Of a DNA stretch of 64,000 nucleotides, positions 9,347 to 18,200 are shown piece by piece. The notes below the pieces were generated by a model. That model was given only the letters and a program-made list of their open reading frames with translations. It ran no database searches and had not been told where the DNA came from. Both the position numbers and the translations under genes were made by a program. The stretch lies in assembly GCA_040388985.1 (NCBI GenBank), contig JAZKAU010000002.1, positions 247,642 through 311,641 on the forward strand, read 5' to 3'. Source of the DNA: Patescibacteria group bacterium. Its GTDB lineage: Bacteria; Patescibacteriota; Minisyncoccia; Phycocordibacterales; Phycocordibacteraceae. Every line of letters begins with the position of its first letter. Position 1 is the first letter of the stretch.

Positions 9347-10915
9347 ATGAAACGTACTTTTCTCACTCTCCTTGTCGCCGTCTTATTCGTAAGCATTGTC
9401 ATACCGGCTTCCCTTACGTTCGCGAAGACGAGCACATCTAAGAAAACCCCACCGACAGCTTCCGTACAGGAACTGCAGGAGAAATATGCCGATGCGACCG
9501 GGAAGGATAAGATCCGTATTCTCGTGATGCCAGGCCATGAGCCTGATTTCGGCGGCGCTGTGTACCAGGGTGTCTATGAGCGCGAGATAGTGGTCGAGAC
9601 CGCTGACCAGCTCGCGAGCTACCTGGAGCAGAATCCGCGCTTCGAGGTGATCGTCGCGCGATCGAATACGGGATGGAATGAGGATCTCGCTGACTATTTC
9701 GATGGTCAGTGGAGCAAGATAGAGAAATTCGTGAACGATAAGAAGAAGGCGATGGCAAAGCTCATCAGTCGTGGTGACATCACGATGCGCAGCGAGGACG
9801 AGCAGGTCGATCACGCGACCGCGCCTACCGATTCCGCGCTCCGCCTGTATGGCATAAACAAGTGGGCGGATGAGAACGATATCGACTTGGTCGTGCATCT
9901 GCATATAAACGATACGACCGATCACGGACCCAGTGACCCGAGCGCGTATTCTGGCTACGCGGTATATGTTCCTGATTCGCAATACGGAAATAGTAAGACG
10001 AGCGAGGCGGTAGGGGAGGCGATAGCCAATCGCTTATCGACGATGAATGCGACGTCGACACTTCCTATCGAGAACCAAGGCGTCGTCGAGGACCAGCAGC
10101 TCATCGCTATTGGCGCGTACGACACGCTGTCCGTCCCGAGTATCCTTATCGAATATGCATACATAACCGAACCGAAGTTCAATCACCCGGAAGTCCGTCA
10201 GACCGTCACGAAGGACTATGCATACGAGACGTATCTGGGCATTCAGGATTTCTTCAAGGATCCAGTGATGGCAAAATATCCGACCGCATCTCTGCCGTAT
10301 ACCTTCACGGGAGCTACCGTTGGAACCTCGAGTCCACAGACGTATGCGCTCCAGGCGGCGCTTCACACGCTCGGCTTCTATCCCACCTACGCGTCTACGA
10401 CACCCGCGAATGTCCGTCTCGCGGCACCCACGCTCACGATGTGCCCAATCGACGGAGTTATGGGGTCGTGCACGACGGACGCGATAGAAGCGTTCCAGAT
10501 AGCCAAGGGAATCAAGACGACCGGTACGCTCGACCCTCAGACTCTTTACGCCCTCAACACGCTCTTCAGCGATCAGCCCGTGACACCGATACTTCCATCC
10601 GTGCCGGCAGTAACGACGACTACCGCTACGACGACATCAGTATCCGCAACTACTTCATGCTCGCTCCCGACCCACGACCTCGCCCTCAAAGCGACTGACA
10701 CCACGAGCGGCGGAGACGTATCGCGTCTTCAGAGACTTCTCTCGACAGACGCGACTCTCTACCCTGAGAAGCTCGTGACCGGCACCTTCGGTCCTGCGAC
10801 GCTCAAGGCCGTACAGAAGTTCCAGCTAACGAAAAAATTAGCGACGGAAGGTGCCGCAGGATACGGCCTCGTGGGCCCCAAGACGCGCTCAGCGCTCCAG
10901 ACGCTTTGCAAATAA
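9347..10915 (+). CDS. Secreted N-acetylmuramoyl-L-alanine amidase (Amidase_3) with C-terminal peptidoglycan-binding domains
   Basis: Signal peptide; zinc ligands PGH, E (YERE), HIN, and catalytic ILIEY; two PG-binding modules (LQAALHTLG...AFQ, GTFGPATLKAVQKFQ). Confidence 0.88.
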   Translation: MKRTFLTLLVAVLFVSIVIPASLTFAKTSTSKKTPPTASVQELQEKYADATGKDKIRILVMPGHEPDFGGAVYQGVYEREIVVETADQLASYLEQNPRFEVIVARSNTGWNEDLADYFDGQWSKIEKFVNDKKKAMAKLISRGDITMRSEDEQVDHATAPTDSALRLYGINKWADENDIDLVVHLHINDTTDHGPSDPSAYSGYAVYVPDSQYGNSKTSEAVGEAIANRLSTMNATSTLPIENQGVVEDQQLIAIGAYDTLSVPSILIEYAYITEPKFNHPEVRQTVTKDYAYETYLGIQDFFKDPVMAKYPTASLPYTFTGATVGTSSPQTYALQAALHTLGFYPTYASTTPANVRLAAPTLTMCPIDGVMGSCTTDAIEAFQIAKGIKTTGTLDPQTLYALNTLFSDQPVTPILPSVPAVTTTTATTTSVSATTSCSLPTHDLALKATDTTSGGDVSRLQRLLSTDATLYPEKLVTGTFGPATLKAVQKFQLTKKLATEGAAGYGLVGPKTRSALQTLCK

Positions 10916-10980
10916 AAGGTTCCAAACCTACTACGCCAGCTAGAATGTTAGAATTTCAGCATGATTAACGAACCAGGCAA

Positions 10981-11613
10981 ATGAAAGTAAAACAGCACAT
11001 TTCGGGTGGAGACACCCGTTGTGTTCAAGCTGCATTTCGCATGGTAGTTGAAACACTGACAGGGAAGGACCCTGGAGCAGAAGCGGCAGACCAGATGACG
11101 GGATATATAGAAGGACGCGGCACTTGGCAGTTCAAGATGTTGTTAGCTTTCGCATCATACGGATTCGAAGTAGTTGATTATGAGAAAATGAATGTGAGGC
11201 ATTTCGTCGCTGACCCGGAAGGCGCGATCCGCGCACAAGTTGGCGATGAGGAATCAGCGCAGGGGATATTGATGGAGACAGATTTACTTTCTGAAAAAGA
11301 GGCACTGAAGGGGTGTTTGGAATTACCCCAAATTCAATTCATAGAATCTATACCGTCTTTTGAAGATCTGGAACAAGAGGTCAAGTTGGGGAAATTGGCA
11401 TTGGTTAATGTAAATCTAAGAATGCTGCAAAATACAGAAGGGCGAGAAGGGCACATGTTAATCGTCGAAGAAATAACTGATGACGAAGTTATCGTGGATG
11501 ATCCTGGGCCAGATGGTGGCCTTCGCATTGCGATAGGTCGATCGTTGTTCCGAAGGGCTTGGACTAGCCCTTCGGAAGCGATGGCTAACTTTATATCAGT
11601 GACTAAACCGTAG
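10981..11613 (+). CDS. Peptidase C39-like (papain-fold) protein
   Basis: Q..C (QH...CVQAA), GHMLIV and VDDPG give a Cys-His-Asp triad pattern. AT-rich. Confidence 0.7.
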   Translation: MKVKQHISGGDTRCVQAAFRMVVETLTGKDPGAEAADQMTGYIEGRGTWQFKMLLAFASYGFEVVDYEKMNVRHFVADPEGAIRAQVGDEESAQGILMETDLLSEKEALKGCLELPQIQFIESIPSFEDLEQEVKLGKLALVNVNLRMLQNTEGREGHMLIVEEITDDEVIVDDPGPDGGLRIAIGRSLFRRAWTSPSEAMANFISVTKP

Positions 11614-11699
11614 GCTGAGCATATTAATTGAGTATGCTTCCGTTTACGAGGTAAGTTCGAATATCGTCCCAGACGGCCAGTAGAAAGCTCTTATGGGGC

Positions 11700-11728
11700 T
11701 TGCGCTATTAAATAGGGTATGGTAGTAT
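11700..11728 (+). promoter_or_regulatory. Sigma70-type promoter
   Basis: TTGCGC (11700-11705), 17-bp spacer, extended -10 TGG-TAGTAT (11723-11728). Confidence 0.65.
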
Positions 11729-11734
11729 CTATAT

Positions 11735-11872
11735 AACCTCATGAGATGAGCTTTTTACGGCTTACTCATCTTTGGTGCTTCATTGTGCTAAGGATATTTT
11801 TACAACTAGGCCGTAAAAAATTCGCCTCATGAGAAAACAAGAAAGGCCGCCTGCAAGGGCGGCCTTTCTTGT
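11735..11872 (+). ncRNA. Candidate small structured RNA (or 28-aa peptide mRNA) with its own promoter and terminator
   Basis: Rod-like fold 11738-11833 with a central asymmetric bubble, followed by a terminator at 11837-11872. Contains a small ORF at 11746-11832. Confidence 0.5.
11837..11872 (+). terminator. Intrinsic terminator
   Basis: 15-bp stem ACAAGAAAGGCCGCC/GGCGGCCTTTCTTGT. Confidence 0.75.
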
Positions 11873-11916
11873 GCACAGATTACGGTTCGGGAAGAGCAGG
11901 CTATACTAAGCTTCTT

Positions 11917-13053
11917 ATGGACGCTAAATCGAAGAAGATACTGGGAGCTTTCAAGAAAGCCGGCGCACGCATCGAGACGAAGTCTCGGGTGAAGCTGAAG
12001 ACGAAAGAAGACCTCGCTCTTTTCTATACTCCGGGCGTGGGCGTCGCGAGCTCGTACCTGGCCGAACACCCGGAAGACGCTCGCGCGCTTTCCGTGAAAC
12101 GCAATTCGGTCGCCGTCGTCTCCGACGGCTCTGCCGTGCTCGGTCTCGGTAACATCGGCCCGTACGGCGCACTCCCGGTCATGGAAGGGAAGGCGCTCAT
12201 CTTCCGCGAGATGGCGGGCGTCGACGCGTGGCCTTTAGTGCTCGACACGCAGGACCCGGATGAGATCGTGCGCACCGTGCTTGCCATCGCGCCATCGTTC
12301 GGCGGCATCAATCTCGAAGACATCAAGGCGCCTGAGTGTTTCGACATCGAGAAACGGCTGAGTGACGCTCTCGATATCCCCGTCATGCATGACGATCAGC
12401 ATGGCACGGCCATCGTCGTGCTCGCGGGACTCATCAATGCAGCCAAGGTCGTAAAGAAGAATCTTAAGAAACTGAGAGTAGTCATAAGCGGTGCAGGAGC
12501 AGCCGGTACTGCCGTCGCGAAGCTCCTTGCGGCTAGCGGAGTCGAGGACATCATCGTGCTTGATCGCGGCGGCACTATCTATAACGGACGTCCGGATCTC
12601 AATCACTTTAAACAGGAACTCGCCGTGCTCACGAATCCCCGAGAACTCGCCGGGAGTCTTACGGATGCGCTCCTGGACAGCGACGTATTTATCGGCTTAT
12701 CAGGCCCCGGGCTCCTTACCCGCAAGCACATCCGCACGATGGCTCCGGGTGCTATCGTGTTCGGACTCTCGAATCCTATTCCCGAAATATTACCTAACGA
12801 GGCGCTTCTTGGCGGCGCCGCAGTGGTAGCAACCGGCCGCTCAGATTTCCCGAATCAGATAAATAATGCGCTCGTCTTTCCGGGCATCTTCCGTGGCGCG
12901 CTCGATAAGGGGGTAACGAAGATAACGCAGGAGACGAAGCTGCGTGCGGCGAGAGCGCTTGCCGCGCTTGTGCCGAAGCCGGGAGCGCAGAAGCTTCTCC
13001 CGGATATTTTTGATAAGAGGGTAGTCATCGCCGTTGCGAAGGCCGTACGCTAG
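11917..13053 (+). CDS. NAD(P)-dependent malic enzyme
   Basis: YTPGV, SDGSAVLGLGNIG, PVMEGK, INLEDI, HDDQHGT, GAGAAG, TGRSDFPNQINN. ATG at 11917 follows TATACT. Confidence 0.95.
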   Translation: MDAKSKKILGAFKKAGARIETKSRVKLKTKEDLALFYTPGVGVASSYLAEHPEDARALSVKRNSVAVVSDGSAVLGLGNIGPYGALPVMEGKALIFREMAGVDAWPLVLDTQDPDEIVRTVLAIAPSFGGINLEDIKAPECFDIEKRLSDALDIPVMHDDQHGTAIVVLAGLINAAKVVKKNLKKLRVVISGAGAAGTAVAKLLAASGVEDIIVLDRGGTIYNGRPDLNHFKQELAVLTNPRELAGSLTDALLDSDVFIGLSGPGLLTRKHIRTMAPGAIVFGLSNPIPEILPNEALLGGAAVVATGRSDFPNQINNALVFPGIFRGALDKGVTKITQETKLRAARALAALVPKPGAQKLLPDIFDKRVVIAVAKAVR

Positions 13054-13060
13054 GCGTATA

Positions 13061-13501
13061 TCAGTCGCGCTGCACCGCTCGGCGCACCCGTTCGAAGACG
13101 CCTGCGAACCACGCACGATCTTTCGCATTCCCGGTCTCGGCCGCGACATTCCGAAGCGACACCCACCTGGCCGCTTCTATCTCGAGCGTCGGAGAGAGTA
13201 CCGGGTCCTGCGGCGCGTTGAAGAGGAACATGTGTATCTCCTTCATCACCTCTATGTTGTCCGTGCCGTCAGGTTTCATCTGGTAGCGCTCATAGGTTCC
13301 GAGGTCGTCGAGGTATTCGAGATCATCGAGACCTGTCTCCTCATGTATCTCGCGCCTGGCGGCTTCTTCGGCGGTCTCGTCTTCTTCGAGACGACCTTTG
13401 GGGAAAAGCCATGCATTACCTCCATCGCCATGGTGCCGCACCATGGCGATGGTACCGGAGGGTCCGATGACGATACCTCCTGCACTGCGACTGCGTATCA
13501 T
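13061..13501 (-). CDS. NUDIX hydrolase
   Basis: Nudix box PKGRLEEDETAEEAARREIHEETG. Confidence 0.92.
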   Translation of the reverse strand: MIRSRSAGGIVIGPSGTIAMVRHHGDGGNAWLFPKGRLEEDETAEEAARREIHEETGLDDLEYLDDLGTYERYQMKPDGTDNIEVMKEIHMFLFNAPQDPVLSPTLEIEAARWVSLRNVAAETGNAKDRAWFAGVFERVRRAVQRD

Positions 13502-13505
13502 GGCC

Positions 13506-13889
13506 TTAGGCCCGCTTAGAGTCTCCGGCTGGAGTTGGCAGGAAGGCAAGCGACAAGGTCGCAAACGCCAGAGCAACATCCCTGAAGAGGACAGACAGGT
13601 CGGACAGATTGAAGAGCACGATACCCAGAAGAAGGATGGTCATGACTATGGCCGGAACCCGCAGCCGCTTCCCGGAAAGGATCCAGAGGGCAAGGACGAC
13701 TTCGAGCACGCCGAAGGCGTGCAACAGTATCGTGGTATCTATCGGAAGCGCGGACACGAATCGCGGGAAGTAGCTCGCCCAGGAGACCGGGTCACTGATC
13801 GCAGCGATGGGCGGATAGATGAAGGCGAAGGCAACGCCCAGGCGCAGTAGCAGGAATCCGGTCGTGTAGGGAATGGGTGTGGGGGACAT
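13506..13889 (-). CDS. DoxX-like membrane protein
   Basis: Four TM segments, LLLRLGVAF...GVLEVVLAL...FRDVAL. Confidence 0.75.
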   Translation of the reverse strand: MSPTPIPYTTGFLLLRLGVAFAFIYPPIAAISDPVSWASYFPRFVSALPIDTTILLHAFGVLEVVLALWILSGKRLRVPAIVMTILLLGIVLFNLSDLSVLFRDVALAFATLSLAFLPTPAGDSKRA

Positions 13890-13914
13890 AGGCACGAGCA
13901 ATGATCGATGCTGC

Positions 13915-14406
13915 TTAACTACCCGTCACGACCACTGTTCCTTGATCGGACGCATGGACGTGATTGTGATAGGTCCAGCTGCCGCTCTTGCCGAAGGTGA
14001 AGCTGAAGCTCCCGCCGTTTAGGGTAGCCGTACATTCGTCGAAGACCGTAGCTGAGTCAGGAGCGTTATTCGCGCAGTGGTCGCTTGCGGATGTACCGTC
14101 GTATAGCGTGTGTGAAGGATGATTGCCGCTCGCGACCCACATCTTGCCGGAGCTTTGATTCACCCACGTGACCGTTGCGCCTTCAGTAACCGTTATGGAG
14201 CTTGGCGAGAAGCCGCTGTCGGTATACGTGATGACTTGCGAAGCGCCGGTAGCGCCTACGGACGCATTTCCTAATCCAGTCTGAGTAGTGGCAGTAGTGG
14301 TAGCCGTTTCACTCGGCACCACAGCCGAATGATTGTGCGAAGAGAGAACGAAGGCCGCGATAATGATGATCACTGCCACGATTACTATCCAAAGAGTTTT
14401 CTGCAT
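13915..14406 (-). CDS. Membrane-anchored cupredoxin (plastocyanin-like) protein
   Basis: N-terminal TM, GFSPSSITVTEGATVTWVN, HPSH, FSFTF..SGSWTYHNH...GTVVV. Confidence 0.8.
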   Translation of the reverse strand: MQKTLWIVIVAVIIIIAAFVLSSHNHSAVVPSETATTTATTQTGLGNASVGATGASQVITYTDSGFSPSSITVTEGATVTWVNQSSGKMWVASGNHPSHTLYDGTSASDHCANNAPDSATVFDECTATLNGGSFSFTFGKSGSWTYHNHVHASDQGTVVVTGS

Positions 14407-14455
14407 ATGCTCAGGGGGTTGGTTAGGGTATGAGAACAGTGTACCAAGAATATAG

Positions 14456-15073
14456 CTACGTCTTGTGCACAACTGCCACGCCTTCGTAATTATAGATAAG
14501 AGGTTCTCCCTTCTCGTGAGAATACGCGGCTTTGGCAAGCATGAAGCCCGATTGTTCGATCAAGGCATGAATGTCTCGATCGTAGTGGCAATTGCCTGTG
14601 AAATGCCGGGTGAGCCAGGTATAGACCTTTTGTGCCGTGTGCTTGAAACGCCGAGGAGATTTTCCATGCTCCATGAAGATGAATCTTCCGCCCGGGCGAA
14701 GTACCCGCCAGACTTCATGAAGCGCTTTCGCCGGATCCTTCACACTGCATAACACCCAGATAGATACGACGGTATCGACCGCATGATCAGGAAGAGGAAT
14801 ATCTTCAGCGCTAGCCTGGAGAAATTCGACACGGACTCCAACCTCCTGCGACTTCGCACGCGCGATCTGGAGCAGCTTCTCTGAAGGTTCAAGCGCATAA
14901 AGCTTAGCGATATCGGAATACAAGGGCAGACTGTATCCGGGCCCCACCCCGATCTCGAGTACAATGCCAGCAGCTTCTGCGATAACCTCTCGTCTGCATT
15001 CTTGCAGCTTCTCGGCACCCATATCCTTTTGCACGAGGTGCGGGATCACGTTTCGCGCGTACCACTTCTTCAT
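14456..15073 (-). CDS. Class I SAM-dependent methyltransferase
   Basis: VLEIGVGPG, DTVVSIWVLCSV, RVLRPGG. Confidence 0.92.
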   Translation of the reverse strand: MKKWYARNVIPHLVQKDMGAEKLQECRREVIAEAAGIVLEIGVGPGYSLPLYSDIAKLYALEPSEKLLQIARAKSQEVGVRVEFLQASAEDIPLPDHAVDTVVSIWVLCSVKDPAKALHEVWRVLRPGGRFIFMEHGKSPRRFKHTAQKVYTWLTRHFTGNCHYDRDIHALIEQSGFMLAKAAYSHEKGEPLIYNYEGVAVVHKT

Positions 15074-15251
15074 ATAGTTACTCTAGCGCCGGTTGTTCCG
15101 GCAAATGAAGAGATAGTGGCTGGATATGAAGGAACCTTGTTTAGAAAGATTTCATCCCCTCAGAATCTCAGACAAACCATCAAGAACTTCATAGCGGAAA
15201 ATCACGAGCTGCGGCCAGCTTCCAGGAAGAATATATGATATTGTTTCTGCA

Positions 15252-18200
15252 ATGACCGTAATTTCCAAGAAGGGGACTCGTGCAGCCCTTTTCGTGAGTT
15301 TCGTTCTCGCATGTTTCTTGTCCCACGCTTCCTTGTCGCAAGCTGCCACCTACTACGTAGACTCGGTCGGGGGAAGCGACGGTAATGCGGGAACATCTAC
15401 CGGCGCGCCATGGCAAACGCTCAGCAAGATCGCCAGCTCGACGTTTAGCGGCGGCGATTCCGTGCTCCTAAAGGCTGGCGACGTATGGCGCGAATCGCTC
15501 ATCTTCCCGTCGTCCGGTACGAGCGGGAATCCGATAACTATCGGCAAATACGGCAGCGGCGCGAACCCGGTCCTGAACGGCTCTGATATCCTGCCGAACG
15601 CGAACTTCACCGTGTATGACGCGCCTAATAACACGTACCAGATCCCGATGACGGTAGAAGGGAACGGCGTCGCCGCAGTCTGGGAGAATGGCGCTCGATT
15701 GACCTTGGCCGTGAGTCTTGCTGCTGCGACCTCCACTCCGGGAAGCGTGTTCTATAACACCACCACGCACATCATGTATGTGCACTCTGCGAATGCCTCG
15801 CCGAATGTCATAACGAACGGGCTCACGTATGAAGGAACGAAGCGCGGAAATGTCGCCTACGATAACGGGAATAGCTGGCTCATCTGGCAGGACCTTGAGA
15901 TAGACAAGGGCTTCACTAACCTCTCTGCTCATCTCGTCGCCGGTAACAATAATATCGTTCGTCGCGTGAACTACTACGAGAATGCGAACCATCACCTGGG
16001 CTTCTACGGGTCAAATAATCTCGGCGAGGACCTGTATGGAGAGAATGATGCCGGAGGCTCGTTCCTCTTCTATGGTCCGTCATCGCACGACAATATATTT
16101 CGCCGCATTCAGTCGGTAGCGAACATCGCCACGCTTGGTCCGGCAGTGCAGGCTCATGGAGGGTCATACAATAATATTGTTGAAGATTCATTACTTACCT
16201 CTTCGGTCACGCCATCGAGCCAGACGGCAGCGATCGGCCTTTCCGCTGACGCAGGCACGTCGATCATCGCGCGCAGGAACAAGATCATGGGCAAATGGAC
16301 GTTCGCATTCGGTATGAATTCCGGGGCAGGAATCAATTCCGAATTCTATGACAACGTGATCGACGGCAGTCAGTTCATCACCCGAGCCATAAGCCTTACC
16401 AGTACCGGGGCGACTGGGTTAAAGATATATAACAACACGTATTACACATCTGGCACTCAGGATTTCTTCGGCGTTGATGCGAGCGGCTCAGCCGAAGTGA
16501 GGAATAATATTGTGTATGTCAGCAGCTCGGGCTTCTACGTGTTCATAGGTTCAGCATCGAGTACCGTCTTCAGTAACAACGAATACTTCGGATCTTCGCG
16601 CACTAACGCATTCGGTGCGGTAAGCGGCAACAAGACATTCTTGCAATGGCAGGCTCTTGGCTACGACACGAATAGCCAGCTGGCGAATCCATTGTTCGTA
16701 AGTTCGACCAGCCCGTCTATTGATCTGAGCTTGCAGCCAGGGTCTCCCGCGATCGATGTCGGGACGAACTTCGGTTCTCCGTATAACCTGGCGCTCTCAG
16801 CATCTACGACATGGCCGTCGAATATCGTAACGTTGAATCAGAACAGTTATGGCGCGGGCTGGGAACGCGGCGCGTATGTCTATGGCGGCGCGAGCGCGCT
16901 CTCGGTCGCCATGGCGTCGCCTTCGAGCGGCGCTACGGTCGCTTCCACGACGACCATCTCTGCGACCGCGACCGCAAGCAGTCCGGCGACCATCTCCTCC
17001 GTGCAGTTCTATCTCGACGGCAGCACGCTCGGCGCGCCGGTGACGAGTACCACGTCCCCGAATACCTACTCATATGCGTGGAACACCACGGCTGCCACCG
17101 ATGGCGCACACACGCTCTATGCCGTCGCCACGAATGATAGTGCGAATGCCACTACTTCTCCGTCCATAAGCGTGACGGTCGATAATACGGCCCCGGTCAT
17201 CTCCGCGATCGCTTCTTCCACCACGCAGACCGGCGCCACGATCACGTGGACCACCAACGAGTCTTCCGATTCCCGCGTCGATTTCGGACTGACCTCGTCG
17301 TATGGGACAGCCTCCAGCTCAGTTGCTACGAGCACCAGTCATTCCATAACGCTTTCGGGTCTCACCGCCTCGACCCTCTATCACTTCCGCGTACAGAGTA
17401 CGGACGCGACGAGTCATGCCGCTACGTCTTCGGACCTCACGTTCACCACTGCCGCAGTACCCGATACCACGCCCCCGATCATCTCTTCTATCGCGTCCTC
17501 GACCACGCAGACTGGCGCGACCGTAACGTGGACTACGAACGAAGGCTCCGACTCCCGCGTCGACTACGGCACCAGCAGTTCCTACGGCACCGCTTCGACT
17601 TCCGCAGCTCTCCTTACGTCACATTCGATCACGTTGAGCGGTCTCACCGCCTCCACGCTGTATCACTTCCGCGTACAGAGTACGGACGCTTCAAGCAATG
17701 TCGCGACCTCGTCAGATCTGACCTTTACCACCACTGCCGTGCCGGATACCACGCCGCCGGTCATATCCTCTATAGCGTCTTCTACGAGCCAGACAAGCGC
17801 GACGATAAGCTGGACGACTAATGAAGCCGCGAACTCCCAGGTTGATTACGGCACTACCGCTTCCTACGGCACGGCATCGACCTCAGCAGCCTTCAGTACG
17901 AGTCATTCGCTGACCCTCACCGGTCTCACCGCGTCGACCCTCTATCATTTCCGTGTGCAAAGCGTCGATGCATCGAGTAATGTGGCGACTTCTTCGGACC
18001 TGACGTTCACGACAACGGCGGTTCCGGACACTACCGCGCCTCTCATATCCGGTATCAGCTCTTCCACCGGTCAGACATCTGCCGTAATCACGTGGACTAC
18101 CGACGAGTCTTCTGATTCCCGCGTCGATTTCGGCGGCAGTTCGTCATACGGCACAGCTTCCACTTCAGCAGCGCTTACGACCTCGCACTCCCTCACCCTC

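Noticed and set aside
11735-11835. SRP (4.5S) RNA
   Set aside because: Size fits, but the conserved domain IV motif (CAGG...GNRA...AGCAG) is absent.
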